A stretch of 64,000 bases of DNA from an uncultured Phycisphaerales bacterium (GCA_963758525.1 CAVWVQ010000003.1:4096001-4160000); one strand, 5' to 3'. Shown: positions 39,696 to 51,057, counted from the stretch's first letter. The notes: a model not told the origin generated them from the sequence alone. Numbers and translations are program-made.

Positions 39696-41173
39696 ATGAA
39701 TCGCTCCCGGCAGCCCCTCCTTCTCCGTTGCAGGCCAAAATGCTGCGACGCGCCATGGATCTGGGCGTCTACTGCTGGTGTCTGGACCTGCAGCTCAACA
39801 TCAACGCCTCGCCTGATGAACGCGCGGGGAGGGCAGACGCCGGTGTGGTTCCAGCTGTCGTCGCGGCCGCACGCGACTGCCGGCTCAAGGGCCAACCCAT
39901 CGCAAGCACTCCAATCGACGGGCTGAAGTTGCTGGCGCTCCCCGGCCGTGATGGTGTGATCGTGGCGGATCTTTCCTGTAAGCGAGCACCGCAGGTTCCC
40001 GCCGATCTGCTTGTCTCCATTCTGAATAACTATCACACCGATCTCAATCGCGCGGCGACCGATCATTTGGCGATCGGGGGATTCAGCGCGAGCCTGTCCC
40101 AGTCGTACGAAGAGATCAATCTGCTTTTTCGGATGGCGACATCGCTCACCAGCACCGACGATCCGCGCCGGATAGTGCAATTATTCGGCAATGAGCTGCG
40201 CGAGGTTCTTTGCTATGGCTGGTTGGCTGTCGCATTTCAGGCAGGCGAGTCGGTTCTCGAATCGCTACGGGGCTTAATCCAATATTCAGGACGGCTCCCG
40301 TGCAAGGAGCCGGAGTTTCATTCATACCTCGGGACCATCCCCACATCGAAGAAGGCCAGAGTCTTATCCCCCACCCAAAACGTCCTGGCAGCAAAAGCCG
40401 GTTCGGAGCTCATCGCACAGTCGCTGATGCACGACGGCGTCGCCGTTGGTGTCATCGTCGCAGGCAATCGGGGCGGAACTGATCCGGATGTCAGCAGCGA
40501 TGAACTGCAGTTCACGGAAGCGGCTGCGCGATTTCTGGGCCTTTTCCATCAGAACGCACGACGATTTGCAGATCAACGGCAGCAATTTCTGGGGACTCTG
40601 AAGGTACTTACTGCCGCAGTGGATGCCAAAGACCCGTACACGCGCGGTCATTCGGAGCGGGTTGCGAGCCTTGGGGCGCAATTGGCAACTAAATTGGGAT
40701 TCAATCCCGAAACGATCGAGGCAATCCGCGTGGCCGGCCTGCTGCACGACATAGGAAAGATCGGCGTACCTGAAGCCATCCTCAGAAAGCCGGGCAAGCT
40801 GACGGATGAAGAGTTTGATTTTGTGAAGAAACATCCGGAGATCGGCTATCGCATCCTGAAAGACCTCCCGTCTTTGAGCCTTCATCTTCCGGGAGTGCTT
40901 CACCATCACGAGCGATGGGACGGTCGCGGATACCCTTATGGACTTCGCGGCGCCGCGATTCCGATGGTCGCGCGGATCCTTGCGTTCGCCGACACATTCG
41001 ACGCGATGAGTTCAAACCGCTCCTATCGATGCGCAATGGCTCGTCCATGGATTCTGGAAGAAATTCGTAAAGGGTCAGGCACGCAATTTGACCCGCAACT
41101 GGTGGAATTATTTACCTTCCTGGATTTTGCCGAGTTCGATAAGCTGCTGATCTCATCCGCAGCCGCTGCCTGA
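39692..41173 (+). CDS. GAF-like plus HD-GYP cyclic-dinucleotide phosphodiesterase
   Basis: KDPYTRGHSERV, LLHDIGKIG, HHHERWDGRGYP, ADTFDAMSSNRSYR. Confidence 0.93.
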   Translation: MNESLPAAPPSPLQAKMLRRAMDLGVYCWCLDLQLNINASPDERAGRADAGVVPAVVAAARDCRLKGQPIASTPIDGLKLLALPGRDGVIVADLSCKRAPQVPADLLVSILNNYHTDLNRAATDHLAIGGFSASLSQSYEEINLLFRMATSLTSTDDPRRIVQLFGNELREVLCYGWLAVAFQAGESVLESLRGLIQYSGRLPCKEPEFHSYLGTIPTSKKARVLSPTQNVLAAKAGSELIAQSLMHDGVAVGVIVAGNRGGTDPDVSSDELQFTEAAARFLGLFHQNARRFADQRQQFLGTLKVLTAAVDAKDPYTRGHSERVASLGAQLATKLGFNPETIEAIRVAGLLHDIGKIGVPEAILRKPGKLTDEEFDFVKKHPEIGYRILKDLPSLSLHLPGVLHHHERWDGRGYPYGLRGAAIPMVARILAFADTFDAMSSNRSYRCAMARPWILEEIRKGSGTQFDPQLVELFTFLDFAEFDKLLISSAAAA

Positions 41174-41242
41174 ACGCCCGGTATTCAACCAGGCCTCGCT
41201 TCGCCCCTTGCGTCCCACTGCCGTTCGAAAGGCCTGAGCTTT

Positions 41243-41506
41243 ATGTTTGTGAGAATTTCAAGACCTCACGAGGAGCAGGAGCTGTTGCTCAACGCAGATC
41301 ACATCTCAAAAATCGTCGTGTCGTATGTGATTGGAAACGAACCGAACTACACGAAAACGTCTTTGAAAGATGGGGCAGACAACCCCAAGGCCAAGCGAGT
41401 GTATCAGGTGCACGTTGGATCAGACGTTATTCGCGTTGTCAGCAAGCCGGACGATCCGGTCGTTGCCTTTCTCGAGTCGCTCTATCGAGATGCAATGAAA
41501 GGCTGA
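41243..41506 (+). CDS. Hypothetical protein, 87 aa
   Basis: ATG-started ORF with globular composition; no recognisable motif. Confidence 0.55.
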   Translation: MFVRISRPHEEQELLLNADHISKIVVSYVIGNEPNYTKTSLKDGADNPKAKRVYQVHVGSDVIRVVSKPDDPVVAFLESLYRDAMKG

Positions 41507-41779
41507 GCCGGCAAGGGCACTCCAGCAGCCGTCGTAAAGGTCGCGCGCCCGCCGCTTGCGTCTTTGGGCCGGGTCACCATTCGTCCCGCGTACCCTGACA
41601 GCCTGCGCTATCACCCGGGCAACTCACCGATCAAGTCGAGAAGCAATTGGCCTATTCGCCAGGCTCTCTGAGCGATTGAACGATGGTTCCGGGCCGTTTG
41701 CATTCAATTCTAATCCGGCAGTTCGAGAGGGTCTTACTCAGCGGTGATTACGATGTGACCTTTCACGTCCGCGATTTAA

Positions 41780-42330
41780 TTGGGTGGCTGCAATAAAGAG
41801 CGACAGACACAGGTTTTGGAAGACTGTGAAGGCGCCGAGTCCGTGATTGTGCGGCAACTCGGCGCAGTTTACGACGACTTCAGCGCGTGCCGCGGGCTCT
41901 ATGCGGGCCTTGATCCCGATGAGGCTATTTCCGCGAGATCTGATTTGGCGTTTAATTTTGTCGATGAGTCTGCGGTCGATTACGGAGTCATTGACGAGGG
42001 ACTTTTGTCAGAAGAACTCAGGCGTTGGATCCAGAGTTTCGAGCGGATCATGGCCTTCGACGAGCGGGCGATCATGTATGTGCGGGAGGCCGGTAGCATC
42101 CGCATGTTCTTGGAGAAAACTGGTGATACGGCCCGTGATGTACTTTTTTATCAAGAGCTACGAAAGCTGCATCTCCTCAATGACAATAAGTTTTTGCGGC
42201 ATGTTCGGGCGGAACAAACGGTAATGGAAATGCTCGCTGCGGATACCGATTCAATCGATCGAGCACGTCAACAAATTCTCGAAGAAAAAATCAGGCGCGG
42301 CGAAGTTCGGCTGCCCTGCTGGAAATCGTT
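41780..42330 (+). pseudogene. Hypothetical protein, apparently truncated at the IS4 remnant
   Basis: First ~180 aa look protein-like; the rest of ORF 41780-42988 is antisense to the IS4 and DUF3800 fragments. Confidence 0.4.
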
Positions 42331-42344
42331 TGAGCCCAGGGGAG

Positions 42345-42707
42345 CGCGTGTACCGACGCGACCCGAGCGCACGCAGGCAACTGACTGTTTCGCGCAGGCT
42401 GGAGCGAACGGTGAGTTGCGCGAAGATCATGCAGAGGAGCTGATCCATGCAGGAGAAGCGACCGGCCTTTTTCTCCCCGGCATACCGCTCGATGGCCCCG
42501 TCGAAAGCTCGGCGAGGAAGCAGATCGAGAAGTTGAGCGAAGACGGTGCGGCCATTGTTCATCCGCGTATGGTCGCGGAGACTTGCCGCAAACGTGCGGA
42601 AGATCGGCGAATGAAATTGAAATCGTGTACCCTAACACCCGAGCAGAAGATCCTATGGAAATCGAGTTATGCCGACCCTAACGCCACGTTTTCGCCGGAC
42701 AACAGTG
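42345..42707 (-). mobile_element. IS4-family remnant: left end and transposase N-terminus (DUF4372-like)
   Basis: MNNGRTVFAQLLDLLPRRAFD...FSCMDQLLCMIFAQLTVRSSLRETVSCL from 42562; IR-like end cactgttgtccggcgaaaa at 42707. Confidence 0.75.
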
Positions 42708-42994
42708 GGCCGCCATACCTTTTTTCAGCGCCGAGTGGGCGAGCGGAGCCAGTTCGGTATCGGGATGTGGATTGGGCGGGCTGCGCTTCTGAACCGCTTG
42801 CGCTTCAAGAGTCGCTTGGCCTTCATTTCCGTGACGCGAAGGTTCCGCAGATAGTCAGCGAAGCGATCCTTCTCGGCGGAGCGGACGGCTTGTACCAGGT
42901 TCCACAGGTTATCTTCCGCGATGGCCACGCCAGCCAACACCTCGCACGGCATGTCGTGATGATCGTGTCCGCTTTCATCTATGAATAACAGCAT
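42708..42994 (-). pseudogene. DUF3800-family protein, N-terminal fragment
   Basis: MLLFIDESG...EVLAGVAI...EMKAKRLL; ends at the IS4 end. Confidence 0.7.
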
Positions 42995-43024
42995 CGCGTC
43001 TCTTTTCAGCGTTATCGTTTGATA

Positions 43025-44221
43025 TCACGCGGTTTTGCCAAGCTGCGTCGGCGCCGCCGCCGCGGACTGACGACGGGCGAACTCCACGACCTCCATCATA
43101 TCTTCGGGAACCAGGGCCGCGTAATGGCGACGGCAAATCTCCGGACTGTTTCCCATCAGCTTGCTGATCTTGTGCAAGCTGATGTTCGCCATCGCCAATT
43201 GGCTGCCGAACGTGTGGCGGAAGTCGAGACAACCCCACCGCAGGCGGGCCTTGTGGTTGATGTCGCGCAGGTCGTGCGAAAAGTTATCGCAATCCCAGCG
43301 CCGCCCCTGCGGCCCGGGGAAGAACCAGCCATGATCGGACATGCGCGGCTGGTACTTGTCCAGATACGCCCGTAAATCGCTGCTGATCGGCACCGCCCGA
43401 TTGACGCCGGTCTTGGGCTTCCACGACTCGCCACCGATGGACTTGGCGCGCACGCGGATCATGCCATGGGCGCCGGTGTCGTAGTCGATGTCGTCAATGG
43501 TCAGCCACAACAATTCCTCGCGCCGCAACCCCGCGTAAATCAGCATGGCAGCCATCGTCTGCATCTGCTGGCGATCGGCGAGCAGATCCAATTGCTCTTG
43601 GATCTGAGGAAGGGTGAGGAATCGGATCTCCGGCGGGCTCTCCTTGTACCTCTGCACCGCCGACGCCGGATTGATCCCGCCGGCCATGCGGATGCCGCCC
43701 TGCGTCGTGGCCCAGTTGATCAGCGCGGACATGATCTCTCTGTAACGATTAGCGGTTTTGGGTTTGAGGCCACGCGAGAGCATCTGGGCCTGAATGAACT
43801 TGGAAATGTCGGCGGTGGCAATCGCTTCGAAATAGCGGGCCGTGATCAGCTGTGCCCGGCGGCGCCGGTCCTGTCCTTCGCGCGGCTTGCACTTGCGGGA
43901 CCGGGGGCCGATCTTGCGGCTGGTGATTTTCAGGGCATCGCAAACCGGTCCGAACATGTCGCGGAGGTAATACAGATCCGTTTGCGCGCTCTTGGCCGTC
44001 TTGATCGCCCGGATATGCTCCACGTAGCCGCTCAGTACATTGGCAACAGGCGTCTGCGTGGGAAGCGACGAAACCGCTCCCCGTCCCTGGGCGGACTCAA
44101 ACTGCCGCTTCTTTTCCTTGGCGATCTGCAGCGACTCGGTCTCCAGCGAGACCGCCTGCTTCCGTTTGTTCAGGTAGTACGTGAGATACCAGATCGAACC
44201 GCGTTGTTTGAGACCAGCCAT
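43025..44221 (-). CDS. Tyrosine integrase of the island
   Basis: YAGLRREEL (R), KPKTG (K), LDFRHTFGSQL (R), LMGNS...RRHYA (Y); adjacent to the tRNA att site. Confidence 0.93.
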   Translation of the reverse strand: MAGLKQRGSIWYLTYYLNKRKQAVSLETESLQIAKEKKRQFESAQGRGAVSSLPTQTPVANVLSGYVEHIRAIKTAKSAQTDLYYLRDMFGPVCDALKITSRKIGPRSRKCKPREGQDRRRRAQLITARYFEAIATADISKFIQAQMLSRGLKPKTANRYREIMSALINWATTQGGIRMAGGINPASAVQRYKESPPEIRFLTLPQIQEQLDLLADRQQMQTMAAMLIYAGLRREELLWLTIDDIDYDTGAHGMIRVRAKSIGGESWKPKTGVNRAVPISSDLRAYLDKYQPRMSDHGWFFPGPQGRRWDCDNFSHDLRDINHKARLRWGCLDFRHTFGSQLAMANISLHKISKLMGNSPEICRRHYAALVPEDMMEVVEFARRQSAAAAPTQLGKTA

Positions 44222-44279
44222 CGCAACCTCCCGCACTGCGGGGGAAAGAGGATGGCGAGTCGTTTCCTGCTCGGCCGGA

Positions 44280-44302
44280 TGGGGTACAAAATGGGGTACA
44301 AA
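44280..44302 (+). promoter_or_regulatory. Putative integrase arm-type binding sites (right end)
   Basis: tggggtacaaa twice with a 12-bp period between int and att. Confidence 0.65.
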
Positions 44303-44366
44303 TGCCCATTTTTGGCCAATAAAAAAGGGACTCGCGTTTGCCGCAAGTCCCTATCAGATCATCGAA

Positions 44367-44440
<74 letters not shown>

Positions 44441-44559
44441 ATCTTTGAGTTCCTCATCTTATGGCTTCGTCCACCGCACGTCAAGGTTGCGCTACGACAG
44501 TTCCGCCACGACAAGTTCCGCCGCGGGGGTTGGCGCTCGAAAATCGCGATCGGCTCAGC

Positions 44560-44628
44560 GTAGGGGCGGGATTCATCCCGCCGATTTGCTGGCCGGCCGA
44601 GAAAACGGCGGGATGAATCCCGCCCTAC
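44560..44628. repeat. GTAG-type REP-like inverted doublet
   Basis: gtaggggcgggattcatcccgcc ... ggcgggatgaatcccgccctac; second copy at 49586-49657. Confidence 0.85.
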
Positions 44629-44841
44629 CAGGGCAAGATCCGCAGTCGCCATGATTCGAAGTTACCTCGCCACTGCGCCAGGTTCTGCGGCGCGACAATT
44701 GTGTGGGGTGCTTCCGGAAGGAAGATAGCCTACGGAGCAAACGCCGTGGGCCTTCGGCAGATCGCGCTGCGTCAGACATCCCGTCGGAACGAGCTGCTAC
44801 GCGAGCGCCATGGCGCGAAGGTCGGGGACTGGCGGAATCGC

Positions 44842-47800
44842 TCAATGCAACATCGCCGCGATCAGGTCGGCGCTGCCGTTGGTGCCGACGAGGTTGGCGG
44901 TTTTCAGGAAGGTGATCTTCAGCGTTTGGCCGGCCGAGGCGGCTTTGTAGGTGATGGTATAGACATTGGTGTACAGGCCGGAAACTCCTGACGTGACTGT
45001 GTAGTCGGCGGCGGAGCCGTCGGAGAGATGGGCGGTGAGGGATGTCGAAACATTGTTGCCGCCGGCGTAGATGGTGAGCGTGCGGGTGGTGGTGTCGGCG
45101 GGGGCGGTGAAGGAGTAGCCGGTGTTGAGTGCGCCGTTGCTCCAGATGTAGCCGTGGTCGTTGTTGTCGGAGGCGGTGGGGGAGCCGTCGGTCCAGGTCG
45201 CGTTGCGTGAAGCGTCGGTGTATCCGCCGGAGTTGGCTCCGGCGCCGACGACGGTCGCGTTGGAGATCTGCGACGAGCCGGCGGCTTTGTGGTCGAAGTT
45301 GCCGTAGGCGCCTCCGCGGCCCCAGTGAGCCCAGTCGCTGGTGCCGAGGGTTGTGAGATTGTAGGAAGAGGGGGCGCTGGCGATTTGTCCGGAGAGCGAG
45401 CCGGCGCCTGGCGCGGGGATGGCGATTTGGAAATTGCCCAGCGTGGCCTGCACTGCGGAGTTGTTGCTGGTGTCGGTGACGGAGCCGCCGACAAGGGTGA
45501 CGGTGTAGCTTCCGTTGGCGGCCGTGGTCCAGCCGCCTGAGGGCGCCGCGACAGAGTAGGTCGCGGTGATCGTCGCGCCGTTGCCCGAAGGCGACGCGCT
45601 GACGAACGTGGCGGTCTGACTGGTTGGGCCGGTCAGCCCGATGTTGCCGCTGGCCAGGCTCGAAGCGTTCACCGCGACGTTATCGGTGTACACAATCTGG
45701 AGTGTCACCGCAGTTGAAGACGACGTGAGCGTGGGAACCGGCTGCAGGGTAGCCTGCGGCTTGGTCGTGTCAGGCGCCGCTGCGCCCGCGAGATATGCGG
45801 CGATAAGATCGACGCTGCCGCCGGTGCCGTTGATGTTGGTGCTCTTGACGTAGCTGATCGTCAGCTTCTGGCCCGCTGAAGCAGCCTTGTAGGTGATGGT
45901 GTAGAGGTTGGTGTAGAGGGCGTTGCCGGAAGCGGTGAGGACCACGTCGGTGGCCGATCCATCGGAGAGATGGGCCGTGAGCGTTCCGCCGCTGGAGTTG
46001 CCGCCGGCATAGACGTAGAGCGTGCGCGTGGTGGTGTCGGCGGGGGCCGTGAAGGAGTAGCCGGCGCCGATGGCGGTGTTGGCCCAGATGTAGCCGTGCT
46101 CGTTGGTGTCGGATGCGTCGGGCGTTCCGTCGGTCCAACTGGCATTGCGCGAGTTGTCGGAATAGCCGCCGTAGCTGCCGCTGCCCAGCGTGGTGACGTT
46201 GGAGATTTGGGAAGCACCGGCGGACTTGTGGTCGAAGTTTCCATAAGTGCCGCCGCGGCCCCAGTGGGCCCAGTCGGCCGTGCCGAGGGCGGTGAGGTTG
46301 TAGCTGGAAGCGGCGATCGCTTGACCGCCGGTCAACGAGCCGCGCCGGGCGCGGGAATCGCAATCTGGAAATTGCCCAGCGTTGCCGCTGATGCAAAGTT
46401 GCCGCTGGTATCACTGACGGAGTTGGCCGCGAGAGATACCAAATAGGTTCCATTGGCAGCCGTCGTCCATCCGCCTGCTGGCGCGGCGACGGAGTAGGTC
46501 GCGGTAATCGTCGCGCTGTTGCTGGAAGGCGACGCGCTGACGAACTTGGCGGTCTGACTGGTCGGGCCGCTGAGCGCCAGGTTGCCGGTTGCAAGGTTGG
46601 CCTCGTTCACCGCGACATTGTCGGTGTAGACGACGTTCAATGTTTCCGAAGCGACCGAACTCGTGAGCGTGCTGGTTGGCTGCAACAGAGCCTGCGGCGG
46701 CGTGGCGTCGGGCGCGGGAATGGCAATCTGAAACGTTCCGAGCGTGGTCGCGGGCGTGAAGTTATTGCTTGAGTCACTGATCAAGCTGGCGGGAAGCACA
46801 ATGGAATATGTTCCATTGTCGGAGGTGGTCCATCCGCCGGATGGCGGCGCAGTCGCGACGTAGGTCGCCGTGACGGTGGCGCTATTGGTAATCGTCTCGC
46901 TGCTGTAGTTCGCCTGTCGGCTCGTAGGATAGCCGTTCAGTTGGAGAATGCTGTTGGGGATCTGGCTCAGGTTCAGCGCGACATTGTCGGTGTAGACGAC
47001 AGCGAACGTGGCCGACTGCGACGGGGAGGTAATCGGTGACGGCGAAGACTTCAGCGACGCCTGCGGTGGAATCGTGTCCTGCGTCGGCGCTCCCGGCATG
47101 ACCGCCGCGATGAGATCGACGCTGCCGCCGGCGCCGTTGATATTGGTGCTCTTGACGTAGCTGATGGTCAGCTTCTGCCCCGCGGAGGCGGCCTTGTAGG
47201 TGATGGTGTAGAGGTTGGTGTAGATCGCATTGCCCGAGGCGGTGAAGACAACGTCGGCGGAAGATCCGTCGGAAAGATGAGCCGTGAGCGTGCTGCCGCT
47301 GGAGTAGCCGCCGGCATAAATGTAGAGCGTGCGCGTGGCGGTATCCGCGGGAACGGTGAACGAGTAACCGGCGCCAATGACATTGTTGGCCCAGATATAG
47401 CCGTGCTCGCTGGTGTCTGATGCGTCGGGGGTTCCATCGGTCCAAGAGGCGTTGCGCGAGTTGTCGGAATATCCGCCGTAGCTTGCGCCGCTGCCGAGAG
47501 TGGTGACGTTGGAGATTTGCGAACCGCCGGCGGCTTTGTGATCGAAGTTGCCGTAGGTTCCGCCGCGGCCCCAATGCGCCCAGTCAGCGGTGCCCAGTGA
47601 TGTCAGATTGTACGAGGAGGATGCCGCCGCGGACTGGCCCGAGAGCGTGCCGGAGGGGGTGACGCTCAGCGTCGCGGCATTGCTGGTGGCGCTGTTGACG
47701 GAATTGGTGAAGACGGCGCGAAACTGATTGCCGTTCTGACTTGCCGAGACCGAGGTGAGCGTGAGCGTGGTGGTTGTCGCTGATGCGTTGCCGGTGATAT

Positions 47801-49292
47801 TCGCGAAGGTTTTCCCGCCATCGGTGCTGATTTGCCATTGCACGGTGGGAGCCGGACTCCCCGAGGCGGCCGCAGTAAAGGACGCGTTCTGCCCGGCTGA
47901 AACTCCTACGCTCGATGGATTGGCCGTGACGATTGGCGCTGTCGCGGGAGTGGGAACCAGCGCGGGTAATAGAAGGTTGGCAATGGGGGTTCCGATGCCC
48001 GACGCCAGGTCATATCCGCCGCCGGCGGCGTAGCCGTTGTTACCGGTGGTAATGTCATGAAAGCTGGAGGCCGGGAGGGTGTACAGCGCCGGCAGCGCCT
48101 GGGTGGCGCCGGTGAACGCCGAGTAGCCGCCGATGACGCGGCCCTGATCGGCCACTGCAATCAGCCCGCTCCACATCGGGGTTGAAAGGCTGGTGCCGCC
48201 TTCCGCTCCCGCCAGCCAAGGCGTGGAAGCGCCAAAGTCGGTCGAGTCGTAGAGGGCGACGCCGGGCGCGCTGGGGTCGGCTTCCATCGAGACGTCGGGG
48301 TACGTGCGATGGCTGCTCGACAGGCCGTTGATTTTGCCGACCTGATAACTCGGGATCGGCTCGTATGCGCTGATGCCGCCTCCACCTCCGCTTTTTTTCC
48401 CGCTGGAAGTTCCATTTCCCCAGGCGGACTCGCTGCCGTAAGTGTTATTCGCGCCGACGGTCAGAGTGGTTCCACCGACGGCAATTACATTGGGCGACAC
48501 GGAGGGATACTGCGGAGAAATAGTCGTGGTCCCCGAGGCGTAGGCGCCCGAGTCACCCGTGGAAACGACGAATGTGACGCCGGTGTGATTGAAGATGCTG
48601 TCGGTGGTGGTTTCGCCGGAATATTCGGCGCCGCCCCAGCTATTGGAAACCACCGACACGCCGGCGATGTTCGCGGCGGCCTGATCGGCGGTGTAGAGAT
48701 TTCCCGAGTCATCGTTCGCTTCCACCAACACGATGTTCGCATCCGGCGCGGTGACGTGAGCCCACTCGATGTCCAGCGACTCTTCCACTTCCCAGGAATC
48801 GCCGCTGGGCGCAACGGGATCGATGCCAGGCAGCGGCGACGCGGCGCCGGCCTGATTCAGCTTGCTAAATGACGGGCTGCTGCCGCCGTTGTTGAACAGC
48901 GGCAGCGAAAACTGCGTCGAAAACGCATTGAGGTCGCTCAGGGCGTGTGGATCGTCGTAGGCATCGACGATGGCAATCGTCTGCCCTGCTCCGTTGCCCG
49001 AGACGGCACCGAATCGAAAATTGGTGAGGCCATACGCCCCCTGCATTTGCGCGGGCGTCAGCCCGTACGGAGAGGAGGAGCCATCAGCATTGGATACAGC
49101 GTTGTTGGCGCAATTGGGCGCAGCCCGCCAACCGGCGGGGACATTCAATTCGGCCGGCGAACGCAACGGCGCAATCGAGAGAAGCAGCCGATGCTCCAAA
49201 CACTCGACGAACGCGCTGGCGGCAGTCGTGAAACGACCGCCCTTGCCTTTCCCAGACCGCAGATTCTTCCCTGAACCCATCTCGCGCCACAT
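44842..49292 (-). CDS. Secreted S53 (sedolisin-like) peptidase with Ig-like and repeated C-terminal modules (frameshift near 46340)
   Basis: VECLEHRLLLS signal; EESLDIEW, STGDSG, GGTSLSTP, FHDITTGNN...YDLASGIGTP; three DWAHWGRGG modules across the two frames. Confidence 0.88.
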
Positions 49293-49585
49293 TCTTATCT
49301 ATTGCCCTGACCCAGACTTATCTTCGCTCTGCAAAAGTGAACGAACTGATGTGAGCCGTTTGCTCGGCAACCAACATTCCCCTTGAAGGGACCGCACGCC
49401 GAGCCAACTGATTACTACTCAATTTCAATACGAATACGGAAGACAGCCTTGGAAGTTCTGAGAATGATGATCGTGCCGTTTCGCAGGCTTCTGGGGAGTA
49501 AGCTAATGATGTATTTGAAAAAGTCCAATCAGATTTTTGCGAAGTCCGCTGAAGCGGTATGGCGCTCGAAACTGGCGATCGCCGG

Positions 49586-49657
49586 GTAGGGCGGGATTCA
49601 TCCCGCCGATTTGTTGGCCGGCCGGAAAAAAAAACGGCGGGATGAATCCCGCCCTAC
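49586..49657. repeat. GTAG-type REP-like inverted doublet
   Basis: gtagggcgggattcatcccgcc ... ggcgggatgaatcccgccctac. Confidence 0.85.
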
Positions 49658-49712
49658 GATCGCAAAGCCGCATTGCATCGGAGCAATCCGCTGTCCCCGC
49701 TCGACTTATCAC

Positions 49713-49898
49713 TCAGTGCGCTTGTGGCTTTGATGTCGCGGGAGGTGTTGAAGGCGGTAGGGGCGGGGCTGGCGGGGGATTGGAGGCAGCGGTTGCCGCC
49801 ATCTCCGTTTGGATACGCTCCCGCTCGTTGGTCACGAGCCGCAGGAAAGTCCAGACGCACACGCCGGCAACAGCGCAAGTCAGCAGATCGGGAATCAT
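49713..49898 (-). CDS. Small membrane protein
   Basis: 61 aa, N-terminal TM segment, Pro-rich tail. Confidence 0.5.
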   Translation of the reverse strand: MIPDLLTCAVAGVCVWTFLRLVTNERERIQTEMAATAASNPPPAPPLPPSTPPATSKPQAH

Positions 49899-50058
49899 TC
49901 ATCCGTTTTATCGGCAGAAAACGAGGCGAGCCGCAATACGGTCCGCTCCGCTGGCGGGCGTGCGCGAATTTCCGGGTGCAACCTGTTCGCGGCGATATCC
50001 CGCTCTTGCCCCCTCCCCTGGTACTGCTCCGAAAAGAGGTGTGGGAGACCAAGAAAAC

Positions 50059-50164
50059 GTCCAAGGCCCAATGGCCAACAAAATCCCAAATCACAATGAC
50101 CAATGCGAGAACCAGCCTTGGGCCTTGGACCTTGGGGCTTTGTTGGCCATTGGGCCTTGGACAT
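50059..50164. repeat. Intergenic inverted repeat
   Basis: gtccaaggcccaatggccaacaaa pairs with tttgttggccattgggccttggac. Confidence 0.75.
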
Positions 50165-50237
50165 TTCTGCTCTGAGCAGACATCGCCCGAGTGCGACGTG
50201 GTCCCGCAGATTCCATCGAAACGGCATCGCCGCTCCT

Positions 50238-51029
50238 TCAGGCGGGCGGCAGATTTTCCGGCAGAGGTGGCGGAAGCGGAGGGCTGCCGTGCCGGTACAT
50301 CACGATCAAGACCTGCTCCATCGTGATCATTCCCTCAGTGACCATCGTTTCCAGGTCCGGCAGCAGCAGCCGAATCTTCTCCTCCGTGTCTACAATTTCG
50401 ATGACCACGGGGAGGTCGGTGGACATTTCGAGCAGGGCCGCCTTGTGAACGACGCTTTTGGCGCCGAATCCTTCGGTGCCTCGCAGCACCGTCGCGCCGG
50501 CGAGACCGAGTTCGCGCACCCTCTGCACGATGGCCTCATAGAGGGGCCGGTTGTGGAATCGATCCGACTCGCCGATGAAAACCCGAAGCAACACGCCGTT
50601 TTCGTTGATCTTCATATGGCTCCCTGCCTGCACGCGAGGAATGGTGGAAAGGGGGTCGAGTGCGCCGGCAAGACGCAGCTTCTCCGGCTGGCCGTGGGAC
50701 GCGTCGCGGTACATCATGACCGCGGCGCGCTCCAGCGTGAGCATTCCGCCGACCATGATTTGATCGAGGGGGCCTTGAATGAATCCGATGATCTTCTCCG
50801 CGGTGTCCACCACCTCCACGACGACCGGCACACGATCAACAATCGACCACTTGGAGGATTGAAGCATTCCGTGGTGTCCGGCGCCGAGAATTCCGCGCAG
50901 CACCGTAGCCCCGGCCAGATGCGCGTTCCTCGCCGCCTTCACGATCCGCTGATGCGTGGGGGCGAACGGCGCGCGATCCGCGTTGCGGAGGTAGACCCGC
51001 ATGAGAACTTGTTCACCTGAAAGACTCAT
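50238..51029 (-). CDS. Tandem DUF190 (PII-like) protein
   Basis: Two copies of LRV(Y/F)...LAGATVLRG..G.G...PVV(V/I)E(V/I)VDT.EKI; downstream of crcB. Confidence 0.9.
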   Translation of the reverse strand: MSLSGEQVLMRVYLRNADRAPFAPTHQRIVKAARNAHLAGATVLRGILGAGHHGMLQSSKWSIVDRVPVVVEVVDTAEKIIGFIQGPLDQIMVGGMLTLERAAVMMYRDASHGQPEKLRLAGALDPLSTIPRVQAGSHMKINENGVLLRVFIGESDRFHNRPLYEAIVQRVRELGLAGATVLRGTEGFGAKSVVHKAALLEMSTDLPVVIEIVDTEEKIRLLLPDLETMVTEGMITMEQVLIVMYRHGSPPLPPPLPENLPPA

Positions 51030-51057
51030 CGCTTCACTTTCACGCCGGGATGCTCCC

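Noticed and set aside
41780..42988. 402-aa ORF as a single gene
   Set aside because: Its second half is antisense to the IS4 and DUF3800 fragments, so it is a chance read-through across a junction.
44850..47640. Repeated DNA modules as a diversity-generating retroelement template/variable pair
   Set aside because: All copies are in-frame protein domains, the differences are not confined to adenines, and there is no reverse transcriptase in the window.
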